In this document: one piece after another, positions 29,063 to 44,000 of the stretch
Layout: each line of letters opens with the position of its first letter
Numbering within the stretch: the stretch's first letter is position 1
IMG/VR virus record: IMGVR_UViG_3300025108_000029
Coordinates: 13,151 to 77,150 of that record
Origin: a virus
Strand: one strand, 5' to 3'
Length of the DNA: 64,000 nt
Notes under the pieces: generated by a model
Database searches by the model: none
What the model was told of the DNA's origin: nothing
Seen by the model: the letters and a program-made list of their open reading frames with translations, nothing else
Translations under genes and position numbers: made by a program

Positions 29063-32000
29063 ATGGTAGGGATAGGTAGAACAAGCAACGCTTTCTTTTT
29101 TGATGGCGTTACTGATTCAATACTTATCCCTCAAGGTAACTTTACCAGCGTAGGACCAGCACGAGATATACTTGGGAAAACAAGTAGAGGCGGTGACGAG
29201 TTTACACATATCAACTCTATCATGGATGATAGTTTTGTTATCGAAGCGTGGGTAGTACCGGACTGTGGTGGTATAGTCGCACACCGTGATGAACAATTTA
29301 CTCTTGAGTTTGGTACAGTAGATACACCCGGCCCTGCTAAGTTTACTGTACAATTAAAAACACAAAGTGGTATGCATCCTGTTTCCTTAAGCACAGCCAA
29401 GGCTACATCAACACGATGGGATGGAGTGGTTTACCCGCCGCAAGAAGTAGGTGGAATACATGATACCTACAATAGATACTTGAAAGACAATACCGCTTAC
29501 AACGATGCTACAAACCTCAATTTCAAACACCGTGGATTGTATCATGTAGTAGCAGGAGTTACAGCGGGTTCTGTTTTTTTGTATGTCAACGGACATGTTG
29601 TAGCAACGCAAGAAATTGACATTGAAAGTAGAATAGCAGACTCAACAGCACATGTGTACATCGGCGGTAAAGGTGGAGAGTTTAGAGGGGCTATCGAGGC
29701 TATTCACTTTAATAGTGAGTTCGATTCGCAAATGGCTGTAAGTACTGTACCCGTCAACAGTGATACAACAAAAGGTATGTATCGCTTTGAAGAACCACTG
29801 GATATTGTAGAAGAATCCTATGACTTTAACGCCTTTACTGTAGCCGCTGATGGTACGACAACTACCATTACCGTAGCCGCTACTGACGCTCAAGCCCTCA
29901 TTGCTCGCTTGACCGGTAAACCGTATGACAGCACCAGTGCTACAACTACATTCACAGCCACTCCTTACAGTATGGGTAACTACAAAGTTACCGATTTTGC
30001 CACCACACCCGGCACAGAAGCGACACTTGCTATACCTCATACCCCATACAACATTCTCATCAATCCGGGTTCTATTAACCGGAATACGGAAAAACCAAAC
30101 GCTTCTCCGCCGGAAAGAGCAAGAATAGAGTCAATTAACGGTTCTACTGGGGTAATCACAGTAAGTAGTATTCACATTGATTTTAACATTAGTGGGGGTA
30201 AGCGGGGGCTATTACATTCCCGTACTGCTGATATTGACAACTACTTTGTCGTTGTAAATGCTGATTTGTTGATTGATAATGGAACAGGTAAGCCGTATCA
30301 ACCTCCACACTACGGTAGTCAAATATTTGATAAAACGGGTCAAATGGTGATTGACGAGAGTAACTTTTCACAACACGCATTAGTGTACTCTACTCAAATG
30401 GCTACTACTGATAATTCACCAAGCAACCCGTTTGCTGTTTCTTGGCCTTCTACATTGGATGTTTTGTATCAAGTAGGACACAGTGGGCGACATAGATATT
30501 CTCATATCACAGGTCATGAGTATATGCGCCGCTATCCTCAACCCGCATACCTCTCAATAGACCAAATCATGGGTGGAACGGCAGATGTTGTTGAAATGGG
30601 ATATGACAGTAATACAAAGGGTATTGCTGATTTGTTTGCAATGAACGCTCTATCCGACTTCTATGAAGAAAGTACACAGGTGACAGTGGCTAATTTTATC
30701 AATTCGACACCTGCAACTTTTGTAGTGTCAAATGGTTTAGCAAAAAGTAAAGAGCAAGCCATTGCTATTGGTGGTACAAACTTTGATTACCGCCCATTTA
30801 TGCTAAAAGGTCCAGTACCGGAGTTTGAAGGTGACATCAATGATGATACACGGTTGTATCATTTGCGACCGGAAAGTGTGAGCCGTATTGCTTTACTCAA
30901 AGTTCCTACTCTTCAAACCACACATAGCCTTGCACCGTATGTTGAGATACACTACAATGCGGTTGACTTGACTGGTGCGAGTATGGGTAAAACAACACCT
31001 TGTTTGATGATAGAAAAGACTGTACCGAGTGGTAATTATGTTCTTACCGGCTCTACTACAGTGCTTGATGTCATTGAGGCAGACTTAGCCGATGCTACAA
31101 AAGACACCACATTGTTTGCACCCGGTGGCCTCATTATGACAGGTAACAGTCAAACGACCACTACACATCATTTAGAGACAGAACATTCGTTAATCGGTGA
31201 TAATACCGGAGGGTATGAACTTGACAGTGAAGTAGATTTTAGTCGTTGTCCTGTCAATTATACGCCACCCGGTAACGCAACAACAGATGGTAATACAACA
31301 CCTCAACACCTTACAGCGTCACATAATAACGGCGTACACGATTCAGCATATCATAAATTATGTATAGAACCAAATGCTGATAATTCTGTTAAAAATATGA
31401 CTGAAATAGGTTTACAGTCTATTAAACCGGCGGCTGTAATCAATACTGGTACAGGAGTATTCGATGAAGGTTCAACTACTGATGCGAGTAATAACTTTGA
31501 AATGTTTGACATTATAGATAATGTCGTCTATAATACACACGAGTATTCCGGTATTATATTTGTTCAGCCATCCGACAGAACCCGAACAAATCAGTTATCG
31601 AAAATGCGTACAAATCAAACAGAAGGTAACTCACCAAGTATCGCATCGTTACTGTACCTCATGAGCCGCACTCGTATTCGCTCAATAAAAGAAGACGAAG
31701 ACCCCGGTACAAATGAAAAAACCGTCACTGTATTGGCGACGGGTATCGCAGAAGGACTCGCTAATCAAAATGTCAACATCACCGGTAGCGGCTCACCGGA
31801 TTCACACATCGTCAAAGAGATTGAGCCAAACGCCCCTGTAGTTACTGTAACACTTGGCGGGCCGGGGCAGGGTGCGATTAACACCAAACCTACCTATGAC
31901 CCAAGCCCGCTAATGCGATTACCCGGCTCAACCCGCCGTAGTTGCGCTGTACAGGCTGTGAGTGTCAATACTGATACCGATAGGATATACATGTCAGTTC

Positions 32001-35000
32001 AACCCCTCAATAACCTGTCAACAGATATGGCATCGTGGGGAACATATTGTTTTCCAAAAGTAGGTCGTGTTTACCTTGAAGACGGGGCAAGTGCCGCCTA
32101 TAGCGAAAAAACTGGTAGTGGGTTTGTGTTTACTGTTGATACAAGCGGTGGGGCAAGTATAGAAGAACTAAGGTCGTTTTTAGATGCAAACGGTACAGCC
32201 TACACATCATTTCATGAATGGTTAAACGGTGTTGGTATTATTACAAATGCCACAGAAGATGAATATGAAATAAGTGTAAAACTATTCAACGACCCTCACT
32301 TTGGTGATGACAACCTTTGCGAAGACGGTAGTACAGTAAACGATAGAATGTTCCAAAGTATGGACACTGTTAATCATGATTATCAATTGGGTACGCAATA
32401 TGCCAGTACTCGTGCAATGGTTGAAGTTCCTCTTTTCCCTAAGCAGTTTTTCGACCACGCACCTACTGGTATTTTCCCCGGACCGGACAACAGTATGAAA
32501 ATACACCTTGATGCTACCTATACCGCACACTCATGGAATCCAACTCCTGTCGGTCGTCGGGCAGACGACATCGCTGTAAGCGACCGTAATGCTCATTCAG
32601 CATACGGGTTTAACGCAAATAGTAACGAGCATGTATCATCAACCACTATTACTCAAATCGTAGTAAGTACTAATCACACTGACATATATGTTTCACACCC
32701 AAAGTTATTCCCAAGTGCTGAATCAGCGGAGAATCAGCATAGAAACATGAAGGATGTAATACGCTATCGTCGTGTTTTCCTGTCAAACAACCAATGGGGT
32801 ATATACCAAAACGACCCTGCTACTGATGGCTATATTCGCATCCCGACCAATGTATCGGGTGGTTTTACTGGTGGCTTTTCGGAGGACTTCTTCGCAGATG
32901 CTATTGTAGGTGCTTTACTGTATGTAGCGGGTGGTTATCGAAACGAAACGCTTATTCCAATTGCATCGGATGAAAGTACACCGTCATCCGACTTAGAAAA
33001 TCGCTCACCTTACTATTACGACCCCGCCAACATGCAAACTCAAGGCGGCAACCTCGATTACGGATTGCGTCAATATGTAAGCGCAGTGGAGTTCAAAGAA
33101 GGACCGCTTACCAATCCCCACGCCCCTCGCATACAATCAAAGAACGCTTCATCAACTATTTTAGAAGTAAACAAAGTATCTGCGGGTTTAGACAATAATC
33201 AGTCACTATATTATTTTACTGTTGATGATGCATCTACATTCCCCGAAGTGCCGTTTAGTAAAATAGGTGGTTATGAGACTGATTCCAATAATCCTACATT
33301 CGGGAATGGTGATATGATATTTGTTGCCGAAGTTCTCACTGACACGCCTATCGAAATGATTTTTCTCGGAAACATTGCAAGTGTGAGTGAAACGGCAAAT
33401 CAATTTGTCTGCGCCGCACCTTCAAGTTTTTCTACAACTAATTTTAAAGGTAAAACAATACGATTGAAAAAAGCCTGTCGTGCTTTGTATTCACTTACTG
33501 ACCCTGCTAATGCTTACATCAATGAGTTTAGTGCGACAACTTTCAAACCATCGGTAGGTGGTGAGCAATGGACATTTACAGCGGCGGGTGCGGTAGGTGC
33601 AACTACTCTTTCGATAGCACCTGCAACTGCTACTCTTATGCCACAGGCCAATACTGTAGGTATCAACCTTCGACCGGGTGATGAACTCTTTATAGAGGAT
33701 GTGAGTGACGCTAATCACATCAAATATGTAGGAAAGGTTGCATTTATTGAATCACCGTATGCTGGTAGTGGACACGCTACAAACACAGTAATTACACTTG
33801 ATGGTACTAATGCAACTACTATTGCATCCGGCGACCCGTTGCGAGTAAGTTTTGGAACTGTTACTGAAAACGACCCCGATGCTATCCTCAACCGTACATG
33901 GTTATACCCTTATGCTCAAGGCGGGCTACGAAACGGTGATACCATATGGATGAACATGACAATGAATAACCCTCATGCTGTTGAAGGGTTGTTTGCTAAA
34001 TCTCGTGGTGTGTTAAGCGAAGGTCAAGTTTGGACAGGTTTTAATGGCGGAAAGGGTGCTTTAGCGACTCGACCTCGTGATTCTATACCACTTGAAAACT
34101 TTTTAATTGGAGATTCATGTCTTGAAACCGCCAACAACTTTGTTCAACATGTAAACAAAACCATTGAATTAAATTACGAATCAATGGGACTATCATCATC
34201 TCAAGCACCGACTGTTGCTTATCTCGACCCTTATCTCGCTACCAAAGGCCACGCACGAGTTTTGATGTTTGATGTAGCACACGACCGTGAGTTCATTGCT
34301 TTCCATGATTTACATATGCAGGTTCAATCGAGTGCCGCTACACCGCACATCGGTTTCGGTCGGCACATTGTTACTGCTGATGGTATTGTAGATATTGACC
34401 GATACTTGGTGCAACAGAATGGTGGCGCACCGCATTACTTTACTACTCAAATAGATGTAGCAAATGGTTTCCCAAGTGAAAATCCATACATGCGTAGAAC
34501 ACAGCAATCAAAGTTTATTGAAAGTGCATATGTGCATAACATAGCAGGTAACACATCCGAAGATGTAATGGGAACGAATGCTGGTGGTGAAAACCCAATT
34601 AGTAATTTCTTGAATCATGACTCTTATGCTATACCCGGTCAAGGGAAAACAAAATTAGCACTAATAGGAAACTCGTTTACCGAAGCATGTGATACCGACC
34701 ATGCCGCTACGGGAACTGATACTCATGTATTTGGTGGTAATGTAAGAATTATACGATTGAATGGTACTATTGGTATAAGATTGAGTAAGTTTTCAGTGGG
34801 TATGACTGTAAGCGGAACGGGTATAGCAAGTGGTTCTAAAATTATTGAAATAGATATCAATGCAGGTTTGTTGTATCTTGATAAGGACACTACGGCAACC
34901 AATTCAAATCAAACATTAACATTCACTACGACAAATAATTCGTACTTTATGGGTAAGGGTCACGGTCATTATGTTCATACTGGTTTTATGAATGAAGGAA

Positions 35001-38000
35001 CAAGTAGTTCTTTCACTGTTGCAGACAGTACATTACCTCGTGTTCAGCCAGCCGTAGCCTCACCCTACTGGGCTGACCGATTACACGCTTTATCAAGAAA
35101 ATCACTTGGTGCTACACAAACACTCGCTGGTGCTTTGAAAAAGTCTCGTCTTGCAAACAATCCCGATACATTTACTCTTCGTGATGCCAGTACTATGATG
35201 GACACACCGGATGGCACACGAGCCATTTCAGCATTCCTTTGCTTAAAGGGTATTCGCTCTCAAAGTCTATTACTTTCTAACCATGAAGAAAGTCGTTTGC
35301 AACACCTCGACCATTGGAGTAAAATGGATTTCGTGCGTCGTCTTACTATTGACTTTGGTGAAGTAGGTATCAAAGAAGGTGTTACAGATATTGAAGCCGC
35401 CGCACGAGAGATTGTTCGTTTAATCAATCAAGGTGGTGCAAAGAACGCTCTTACTACCGGTGCTATGAACGCTGATACTGGTTCTATACACGACCCTGCA
35501 CCTTGGTGGTTTGCTGACGAAGCATTTGATACTCAAGACCGTGGTAGCCATATGGGTTATTTACGAGCGCATTTGGGTCGAGTTGTAGAAGACCTTGACG
35601 GTAACACAGGTCATTCTATCGTTATACATTCTACCATACCGGGTGCAAGTGGTCGTAACTTCTGTACATGGTTGGACAACAGTAAGGGTCAATCTCAATA
35701 CAAACCCCAATTCCTTATCGGTCACGGTGGGCGTTTCCGAAACTTTTGGTGTCAACCCGACGAAACCAGTGGTGAGAATATGCACCCTGCACCTATGCCT
35801 ATTAACAAGCATGGCAGACCATTTGCACCGATTACTACACTCCGAGAGTATGTTACGCAAGAAGAAACAGATGATAATTTTGTAAGTAATGGTGACTTTG
35901 ATGTAAGGCAAAATGATTTGTCCAGTACCATACAAGGAAGAAATACAAAAAGAAGTATTTCAGCGTTTAATGGTAGTGGAATGAATGCCAATACAATCAA
36001 TGATGAGTCTTTTGAATCGCAAAGCCCGTCAAAGACCCTTGTTGAAGGATTACGAACTGGTACACAGGCCGTAGGTAGAATCAACTTTGGTGGTATGGTA
36101 GCCGCTGGTATTCCGGGTTTCGCCCCCGATGCAGGTGTATGGGGTCTTGGTGAGCGAGGTAATACAGACTTTGATACTCGCTACTCTAATGCTATTTCTA
36201 CAGGTAATACAGCACCTACATCAATAGCAGACTATTCGGACCATGTGACAGATTCTCAAGTTGAAAATGTAGGTGATGGACAACTATATGGATTCCAATT
36301 TGAAGACCACCGTGGTAATAATTACGGTGTACGCTACATTTATCGAGATATGGGAACTAATTTTAGTAATGATAATACTATATTACCGCCTACTCTTGAC
36401 AATGAAATATGTGTATATTTTGATGACCGAGATGTAGGGCAAGGAGGATTTACCATTGGTAATCACATGCTCGGTTTTGGTGATGTTACTGGTCGCATTG
36501 ATACAACAGGCGACCTTACAGAAGCGTCATACCGTGGTAATCGCTGGAATGGTGTACCCGCACCTTCTGTTGGTATTGATGCAAGTGTTACTTGGTCGGG
36601 AACAGAATTAACAGTTGTACTACAAGCACCGTTTGATACTGGTGGAGTTGGCGACGGGGTAATGGGTAATCACCCCGATGTTCTCGGTTATCTCGGATTC
36701 CCGAAAACAAACGGCCTTCTCCAAATCAATGATACCTTTACCGGCACTACAGGATATACTGACGCTGATGGTAATGCCGGAATAAAAGGTATTGTCGGGC
36801 ATACCGTTTCTTACACACACCGTACACAAAACGATAACAACGGAACACATATTTTCTACGGAGTGGTTGGAGATACATTCACTTCTTCTCACTTTGTAAA
36901 CAGCGGAACAGTAGACGATACTACCAAAGTAAATCCAACCGACAATGTGCAACTGCGTGTATTACTTTCACCTCGAATTAACTGGACAACGCTTGTTACT
37001 GATGAATTGATGGCGGCTGTTACTGCGGCGGCAATTAACCATGAAGACCCAAACCGTTTACTCAACTTTGATTGCCGAGAGATGTATGCCGCAGATGGGC
37101 GTACATTTGGGCAATGGGGTGTAGCCCCCGATGCTATCAAAATACGAGCGCATACTCCATCAAGAAACACATTACCGCTTTCTCAAATGTTTGAGGCTAC
37201 ATTGCATAAAGACTGGGGTATTCAAGCCGCCCACCTTGAATATGGTGAATATACAACTTTACATGAAACAACAGTAGGTTGGACTCTTGTTGCTACTGAC
37301 CCTATTAACAAACCGTATAGCGATGCTGAACTTGATTCACACCGTCGAATGGATGTAGGATATTTACCATACACTGTACTTCAATTACGAAGTAAGGGTC
37401 GAGGGTTTAATGCAAACACAGCCACTCCTGTACTGGTAGATTCATCTAATACTCCTTTATCGGTTACTTCTTGGCGAAGAAATCTCAAAGGTGAAAATTA
37501 CACATCTATTACTGGCGACCATATTCTACCTTGCTTAAACAATCCGATTTTACTGTTTAATAATTATGACTCAACAGGCGGCAACATAGAAAATGAGTTT
37601 GTTTCAAAAACCAATAAAATAGCACACGCTATAATTCCAGCCGGACAAGAAGCGGATTCAATTGATAGTCTTGCTAAAGAAGGTTCATTCGGAGAAGAGT
37701 TGGTATTTTCATATGCTACCGCTGATGGTATAGCGAGAGGTGCAGTTAAATCAATTAAAAGCACTGTATCGCACACCTCTTTGACATATACCGATGGACA
37801 CGGTAATGGATTATGGCGAACAGCGTTTAACGGTGATGTAAATGATGACTTTGTTCTTACTCGCTTTGCTGAACCAAACCAACCCGGAATTGAGCGTGAA
37901 GCAATATGCGGTTATCGTTCATATGGTAGCGTTGACAGTGAACCTATCATTTTCTTCCGTGGTGCAAGAGACAGTATAGACCACAGTGTACCGCTTTACT

Positions 38001-41000
38001 TTGGTGGTGGGTTCACTGGTGTTACACTCGACATTAACGACGGGACACAGAACGACTACTCGCCGTTCTACACTCACCCGTATTCCGGTGGGCCAACAGG
38101 AACAGCGGGTATTCAAAACGCCAATGAAATTAGCGGGTCATTCGCTATGGTGGATTGTAATGCACTGCTCGCTTTCTTCCCCGGCACAGCCCTTCTCAAT
38201 CAGCACCGAGGGTCAATCAACAGCCCAGTGTCGAACAAAGACAGCATCCTATCACCCGACCTACGAGGTGGCAATTTGGATGCCGACTTCGCTTTATTGA
38301 ATGCGGCGGCGGCAGGTGATGTACGAGCAAGATACGCCGCAGGTATTGTTCGCCAACAGCCTGTACCGTTGGTGCTTCGCTTCGCTCATCCTACCGCCCG
38401 CTATCACGACAGTCAGCCTATCGTTGACGCTACCTGTGACATTAACAGTAACACTACCGTCAACATGGATTCAACAGCCCAACTTGTTGTTGGTATGACA
38501 GTGACAGGTGCAGGTATTCCCGATGGGGCTACAGTAGCATCCATCACCGACGCTACTACATTTGTATTGAGTGCCGCCGCCACTGCAAGCACAGACCCGG
38601 TTACTTTAACATTTAATTATATTGAAAACAAAACCACTTACCTTGTCTATGGGCCGGGTCAAGCATTCCCATTCACCGAAGACGACAACTCAAATGCGGC
38701 TGTCGAACCACACCCCGGATATGTTGTTACTACTGGCAACACTTGGAGTAAAGTACCTCATAGTAAGTTCTTACCAAATGAAATTACCAACAGTGACAAT
38801 TTGTATGGCCCGCCCGATTCAACATATCAAACCGCAAGACAGCGTTACCATTGGCGTACTACGCTAAACTGGTCGCCACCGCAAGGAATACCAAATGTAG
38901 GTTATTTACAACAGCGACCGGAACACGGTTCTCATTATGGTGAAGTATTTACAAACCCAACCGCTGGTAAATTAACAAGTGATAACGCCGCTGATTATTA
39001 CAAAGCCCATCCTTACAAACATAGTGCTGTCGCATACTACGGTATCGCTATGAGTGCAGACATGACATTTCATATGGATGGTGGGTATCATCCGGGTGGT
39101 TCATGGCTTGATAATCAAATGTCTTTCAACGCACCAAACCCCAACAGTAACTATCGTTACGCTTTGGAATCATGGAATCAAGTTAATGCCACAGCATTCC
39201 GTGTTTCGGGTGTTATGGCTAAAACTATTCTTGAAGGTGCGAACAGCGAAACAGCACTTAACTTTGACAGTGATTACATCGTTGTAGATGGCACACGATG
39301 TCAAAACGGTGAGGAACTGGCGACTATCATCGGCCAAGCCATCAATGAAAACCCCGGTAAAGGTGCGCTTAAAGCAATGGGTGGAACATTCCTACCGTCT
39401 ATGGGTAACGCAATGCGTCAAGACCGATACGGTTGGATTGAAACCAACTTTGTTTCATATAATAATCTCGCTGATGATTTACTCGGTAAGGTATTCAGTG
39501 GTGAAGCATTCGATGATACAACCGGAGATGTTGATAATTCCGAAGTTCATATTGTAGCAACTATTACAGGTGCTACGCAAGCAGAATTAGAACAAATACC
39601 AGCGTGTGGTTGGATAAGAACCGATACAGGTGGAAGAGATTATACCGAAACAGATGTTGCAGAAGCAGATAGATACATAAAATCCTCTTTTGGGTGTTAT
39701 CACAGCCGAGAAATATGGAATGATAGCGGTACATACAAAATCAAGTTTTACCTCGCACCGAATAGAATAAGCGGATTACCTCTTTTAGAAGACATAACCA
39801 CTTGGCATAACAAATGTCAAAGTGCAACTATGACTTTCCCGACACCGGGATATGACCCCGGCGGTGGTGGCTTAGTTCACCCTTCTCCAAGTAATATCTA
39901 TGTATGGTCGAAAGCGGGCGTACACCGTTTCAACAACGAAAATGAATCATCTCGTAACCACATGACTCAAGTTCACTTTGGTGGTTTAGTAGATGCTATT
40001 GACCGTACACGCCCTGTAGGGGCTGTAGGATGGGCGGGAGAGCGTTATTCTTACCTCAACTCCCTCAAGGTAGGTACAGAAGGATATGGTGCTGGAAAAG
40101 GTGCTTGGCATCCTAAAATGGGTTTTACCCCGTATGGCTCATCAGCCTCGTGTATGAGTGTATTGGGTCATCTACCAAGTTCGTACCCAATGTATAACAG
40201 CCCCGAAGCAAGTCCAAGAGTCAACGGACAAGAAGCATCTAATGTATCATATGATGTTGCGCTTACCACACCGTACACTTGGAATATCGGTTTAGTCGGT
40301 GGTGACACTTGGTACGATAATTACGATTTCACTGATGTTGAAAGTACAAAGGACATAATGAGTGCTAAACCACCTCACATATTAGAAGCAACAGATTCCA
40401 ATACATCGTATATTCTTGATAAGAAACTCCACCATCAACAGGGTGTATTCAGTCGAGCAATGCTTGTTATCAGTAATGAAAGTGAGTTGGCACTTGTAGC
40501 CAAGACCGACCGTGACGGTATAACAGCAACCGGTGATTGGCTTTCCGTAGTATCAAAAACTCGTGCCGGTGTAGCCGCCGCTACTGCTATCACTTTTGCT
40601 GGTACAACACGGTGGGATGAACGATTCCATAATGCTGAACGATACATAGCCCCCGCCAACGCTGGTCCTAATGTAGAAGCCTTGATTGCTACAGGAACAG
40701 CAACACCTACTGCTGATGTACCAAACGCCGCCTATGTTTTACACACTGCATTAACTGGCGACCAAGACGCAAATCTCTACAACGCAGAACCTTGTTTTGC
40801 TGTCACAGGTGATTTATTCTTTGACACTGATATTAGCCCCGGTACAATGCTACTTGAGGATGTCACCAATGTGACTCGTAATATTACAAAAGAACTTGAG
40901 TTATCAAGCACTGATGCTGAAATTGATAATTACGATTACACTAATGATGATTACTGGCTTGGTGATACCAACGGTTACAAGTTATCACAGCGTACACCTG

Positions 41001-44000
41001 CTCAAAACTTTAGTATCGAACATGTAGTTTGGAAGCGAATGGATGGTGGCAACCTTAGCCTTCCTGCACCAAACGCACGAGGGTTGGGTGCTGTACCGTT
41101 TGTTACTCGTGTAGCAGGTGGTAACGCTTACACCACTGGTGAAAAACTGTACGGTAATAACCGCTTTACCTTTGAATCTACCAACAGTGCTATGTTCCCT
41201 ATCATCCAAGCCCAAGAATTATCACACCCACAGATGGCATCTCGTCACCCCGATTTGTTGCGTAACATTCTTGAAATACCAAATGAAGAGATTCAGTTTG
41301 AAAGTATTACAGTAGTAGATGATACAGGGCAAGAACATACAGTAGAGGGTGGCTCACCGTTTGGGACAATCATACGAGCGTTTACTCAACTATCCAACCG
41401 TTCAGCGCAAGGATTAGCCCCTGCAATCTCCGGTAGCGGTGTTGAACCGAACATGAAAATACGCTTACCCGACCCCGATTCTATACCGGGTAACTTGATT
41501 GTTCGCTCCGGCTTTGATAGACTCCAAGCCTATCAAACTGAAACAATGGGTACAGGTGGTATGATGACTAAATCCACTGTAGAACATATGTTCGATAACA
41601 GTTTGGTGAGTCCAAACCTCGGCCCTACTTACAGCGACCATAATTGGGAACACCTCAAACAAGGCAGTGATAACCCCGAAAGCACGATGTCGGGCTGGCA
41701 AAGTTCCACTGGAAACGCACCCCTTGAAACAGCATACGAATTACACGACCGTACCTTGTTTTTCCATGTAACAAAAATGGGTAATACCAACACTCACAAG
41801 CATCCAGTCATCTATTCTCATGCAGATGGTGTTGTTAATCACGAACTTACAGGCGTGTCTTTTAGTGGCACTACTTTAACAGTGAATACAAGTGTAAACT
41901 CCGCTGTTTATGATTCTACATTCGGTAACAAAGAGCGAGTCGGAGAGCGCAGATTCCTTCGCTTGTATAACCCTACCACCGATGAAGGTGGCGTAGCATC
42001 CTTTACTGGTATCAGCGGTTCTACATTTACAGGTTGCGTAGGCGATGAAGCGTTCAACAAACTTGTTCTTAGTAGTATTACTACACTGAAAGTAGTTCCT
42101 TCGTATTACATTCCTGCCGGTAGCACCCGATTCTATGGTTCACGCCGTATTCGGGACCATGCCGAAGTAAGCGGTAACAGCCCCGACATGGCACATACTC
42201 ATTATGTCAATTACTCGGTAACAGCCGAAGAAGCCATGACTGGTTATTCAATATACAAAAAGCCGCAATTGACACCTGCACCTATCCCCCGTATGGGTCA
42301 TCACTTTGTCAACGCAACAATGGCTATGCTACCCGGACATTGGGCGCATCCTGCCTACCAAGGATTATACGACAAACACCGAGCCTGTCGTGCGGCTACT
42401 TTACAATCGGATGAGTTTACTATTCTTGATGAGCGTTTTGATATGGATGATTTAGTTACATTAGGAAGTGCTTCTGTTCATCGTTTCCCTACCTATGACC
42501 CGTTGTTGGTCTTTGGTTCATTAACCGCTACACCAAGCGGCCCAAGTGACATACACGGTGGTGGATTCTCACTGATGTTTGAAACTAAGTTGCGTAACGA
42601 CGGTTACGGTGTTCTTGCATCCGAGGGTGATGCGGGTGTTACAAACTCAAAGGGTGGACACACTGTTGTTCTTGAAGCCGCAGGTAATTACACACTGAAA
42701 GAACATTTCCCCGACCCTGCCGAGGTTGGTGCGTATCAAATCATTATACAACCAAATATGCATAGTTCGCAATTTATCGGTTATCATGCAAATGGCCCTG
42801 CTAATGATGTTCCTAATGGTAGTGTAAGTGAATTAACAAGCCAACAAGTCGCACTGGTTGTAGGTATTCGTGAACCCGATAGCAGGTATGGTGCTTATGC
42901 GCTTGTACTGGCTAATGCTACTATGGCTGATGTAAGAGGCTGTGAAATATTTGTCAATGAATTGATGATAGACCATGACCCCGACCACGGTAGCCATTTC
43001 ACTAATATACCACCGTTGATGTTATACAACCCACTTGGTGTACAAGCCACGGAGTCACCAGCCTTTGTCCGTCGCTCTCTACCGTATTACCCCAGTATGT
43101 TCGTAGATGCTACGCCCGGTTTCACAACCAACATACCGTGGTGGTCTATTGTTCACAAGGTTGGCCCGGATAACGCTGATGCTGACCGCTTCAACCATTT
43201 GTCTTGGCATCGTCTTGACAACTACTATGAGTTCTTGAGAGCAAGTAGCGGCTCGATTGCTTCTCAAATTACGCTTGCTGGCTACCCAAGTTTCTATCCC
43301 GACTTATATTCCGAGATACTTGAGAATATCAGTCTCACACCTGTATGTTCTGTAGTGAGTGTAGCATCTACAATCATCACAGTAGATGATGCACGAGGAT
43401 TCCCTAAGCAACCTTACTACGGTATGGTGCTTGAATACACCGATGCTACAGGTACACGAAGAACACACACTTACACTGAACGCAGTGGTTATGATTCATC
43501 ATTGATGAATAAGCCTAAACAATTTACTATAGTAGCCAACTCTACTTTTACAAATAATTTAACAGTAGGAACAAAATTACGCTTATCTCGTGCGTATGAT
43601 TTCCGACCAGCGAATACAATTTTAAGTGACAGTAAAACAAGTATTATCAATCAAACCTTATCTCAAACTTTAGCAGGTAGTCGTGATACCAACAGCCTAC
43701 ACATGGCTGATGCTTTCCTTTGTCTGTGGCATCCAAACCTTGGTCGCCCACATACTTTCTACAGTGATGCAAGTCGAACATGGTTGAACCCACTGACTGA
43801 CCGAGCCATCAACCAAAAACCACTCAACAGTATGCCGGAACATTTTGAAACGGTTCATTACCATGACGCTACTTACTATGCCAGTATAGGGCCGTTTGCT
43901 TTGCGAATGAAAACAGCCATGCCACCTACCGAAGCACAATCAACATACTACACTGCTACATCTGCGAGTGTGAGTGGTACAACTGTAACTGCTACAGGTG

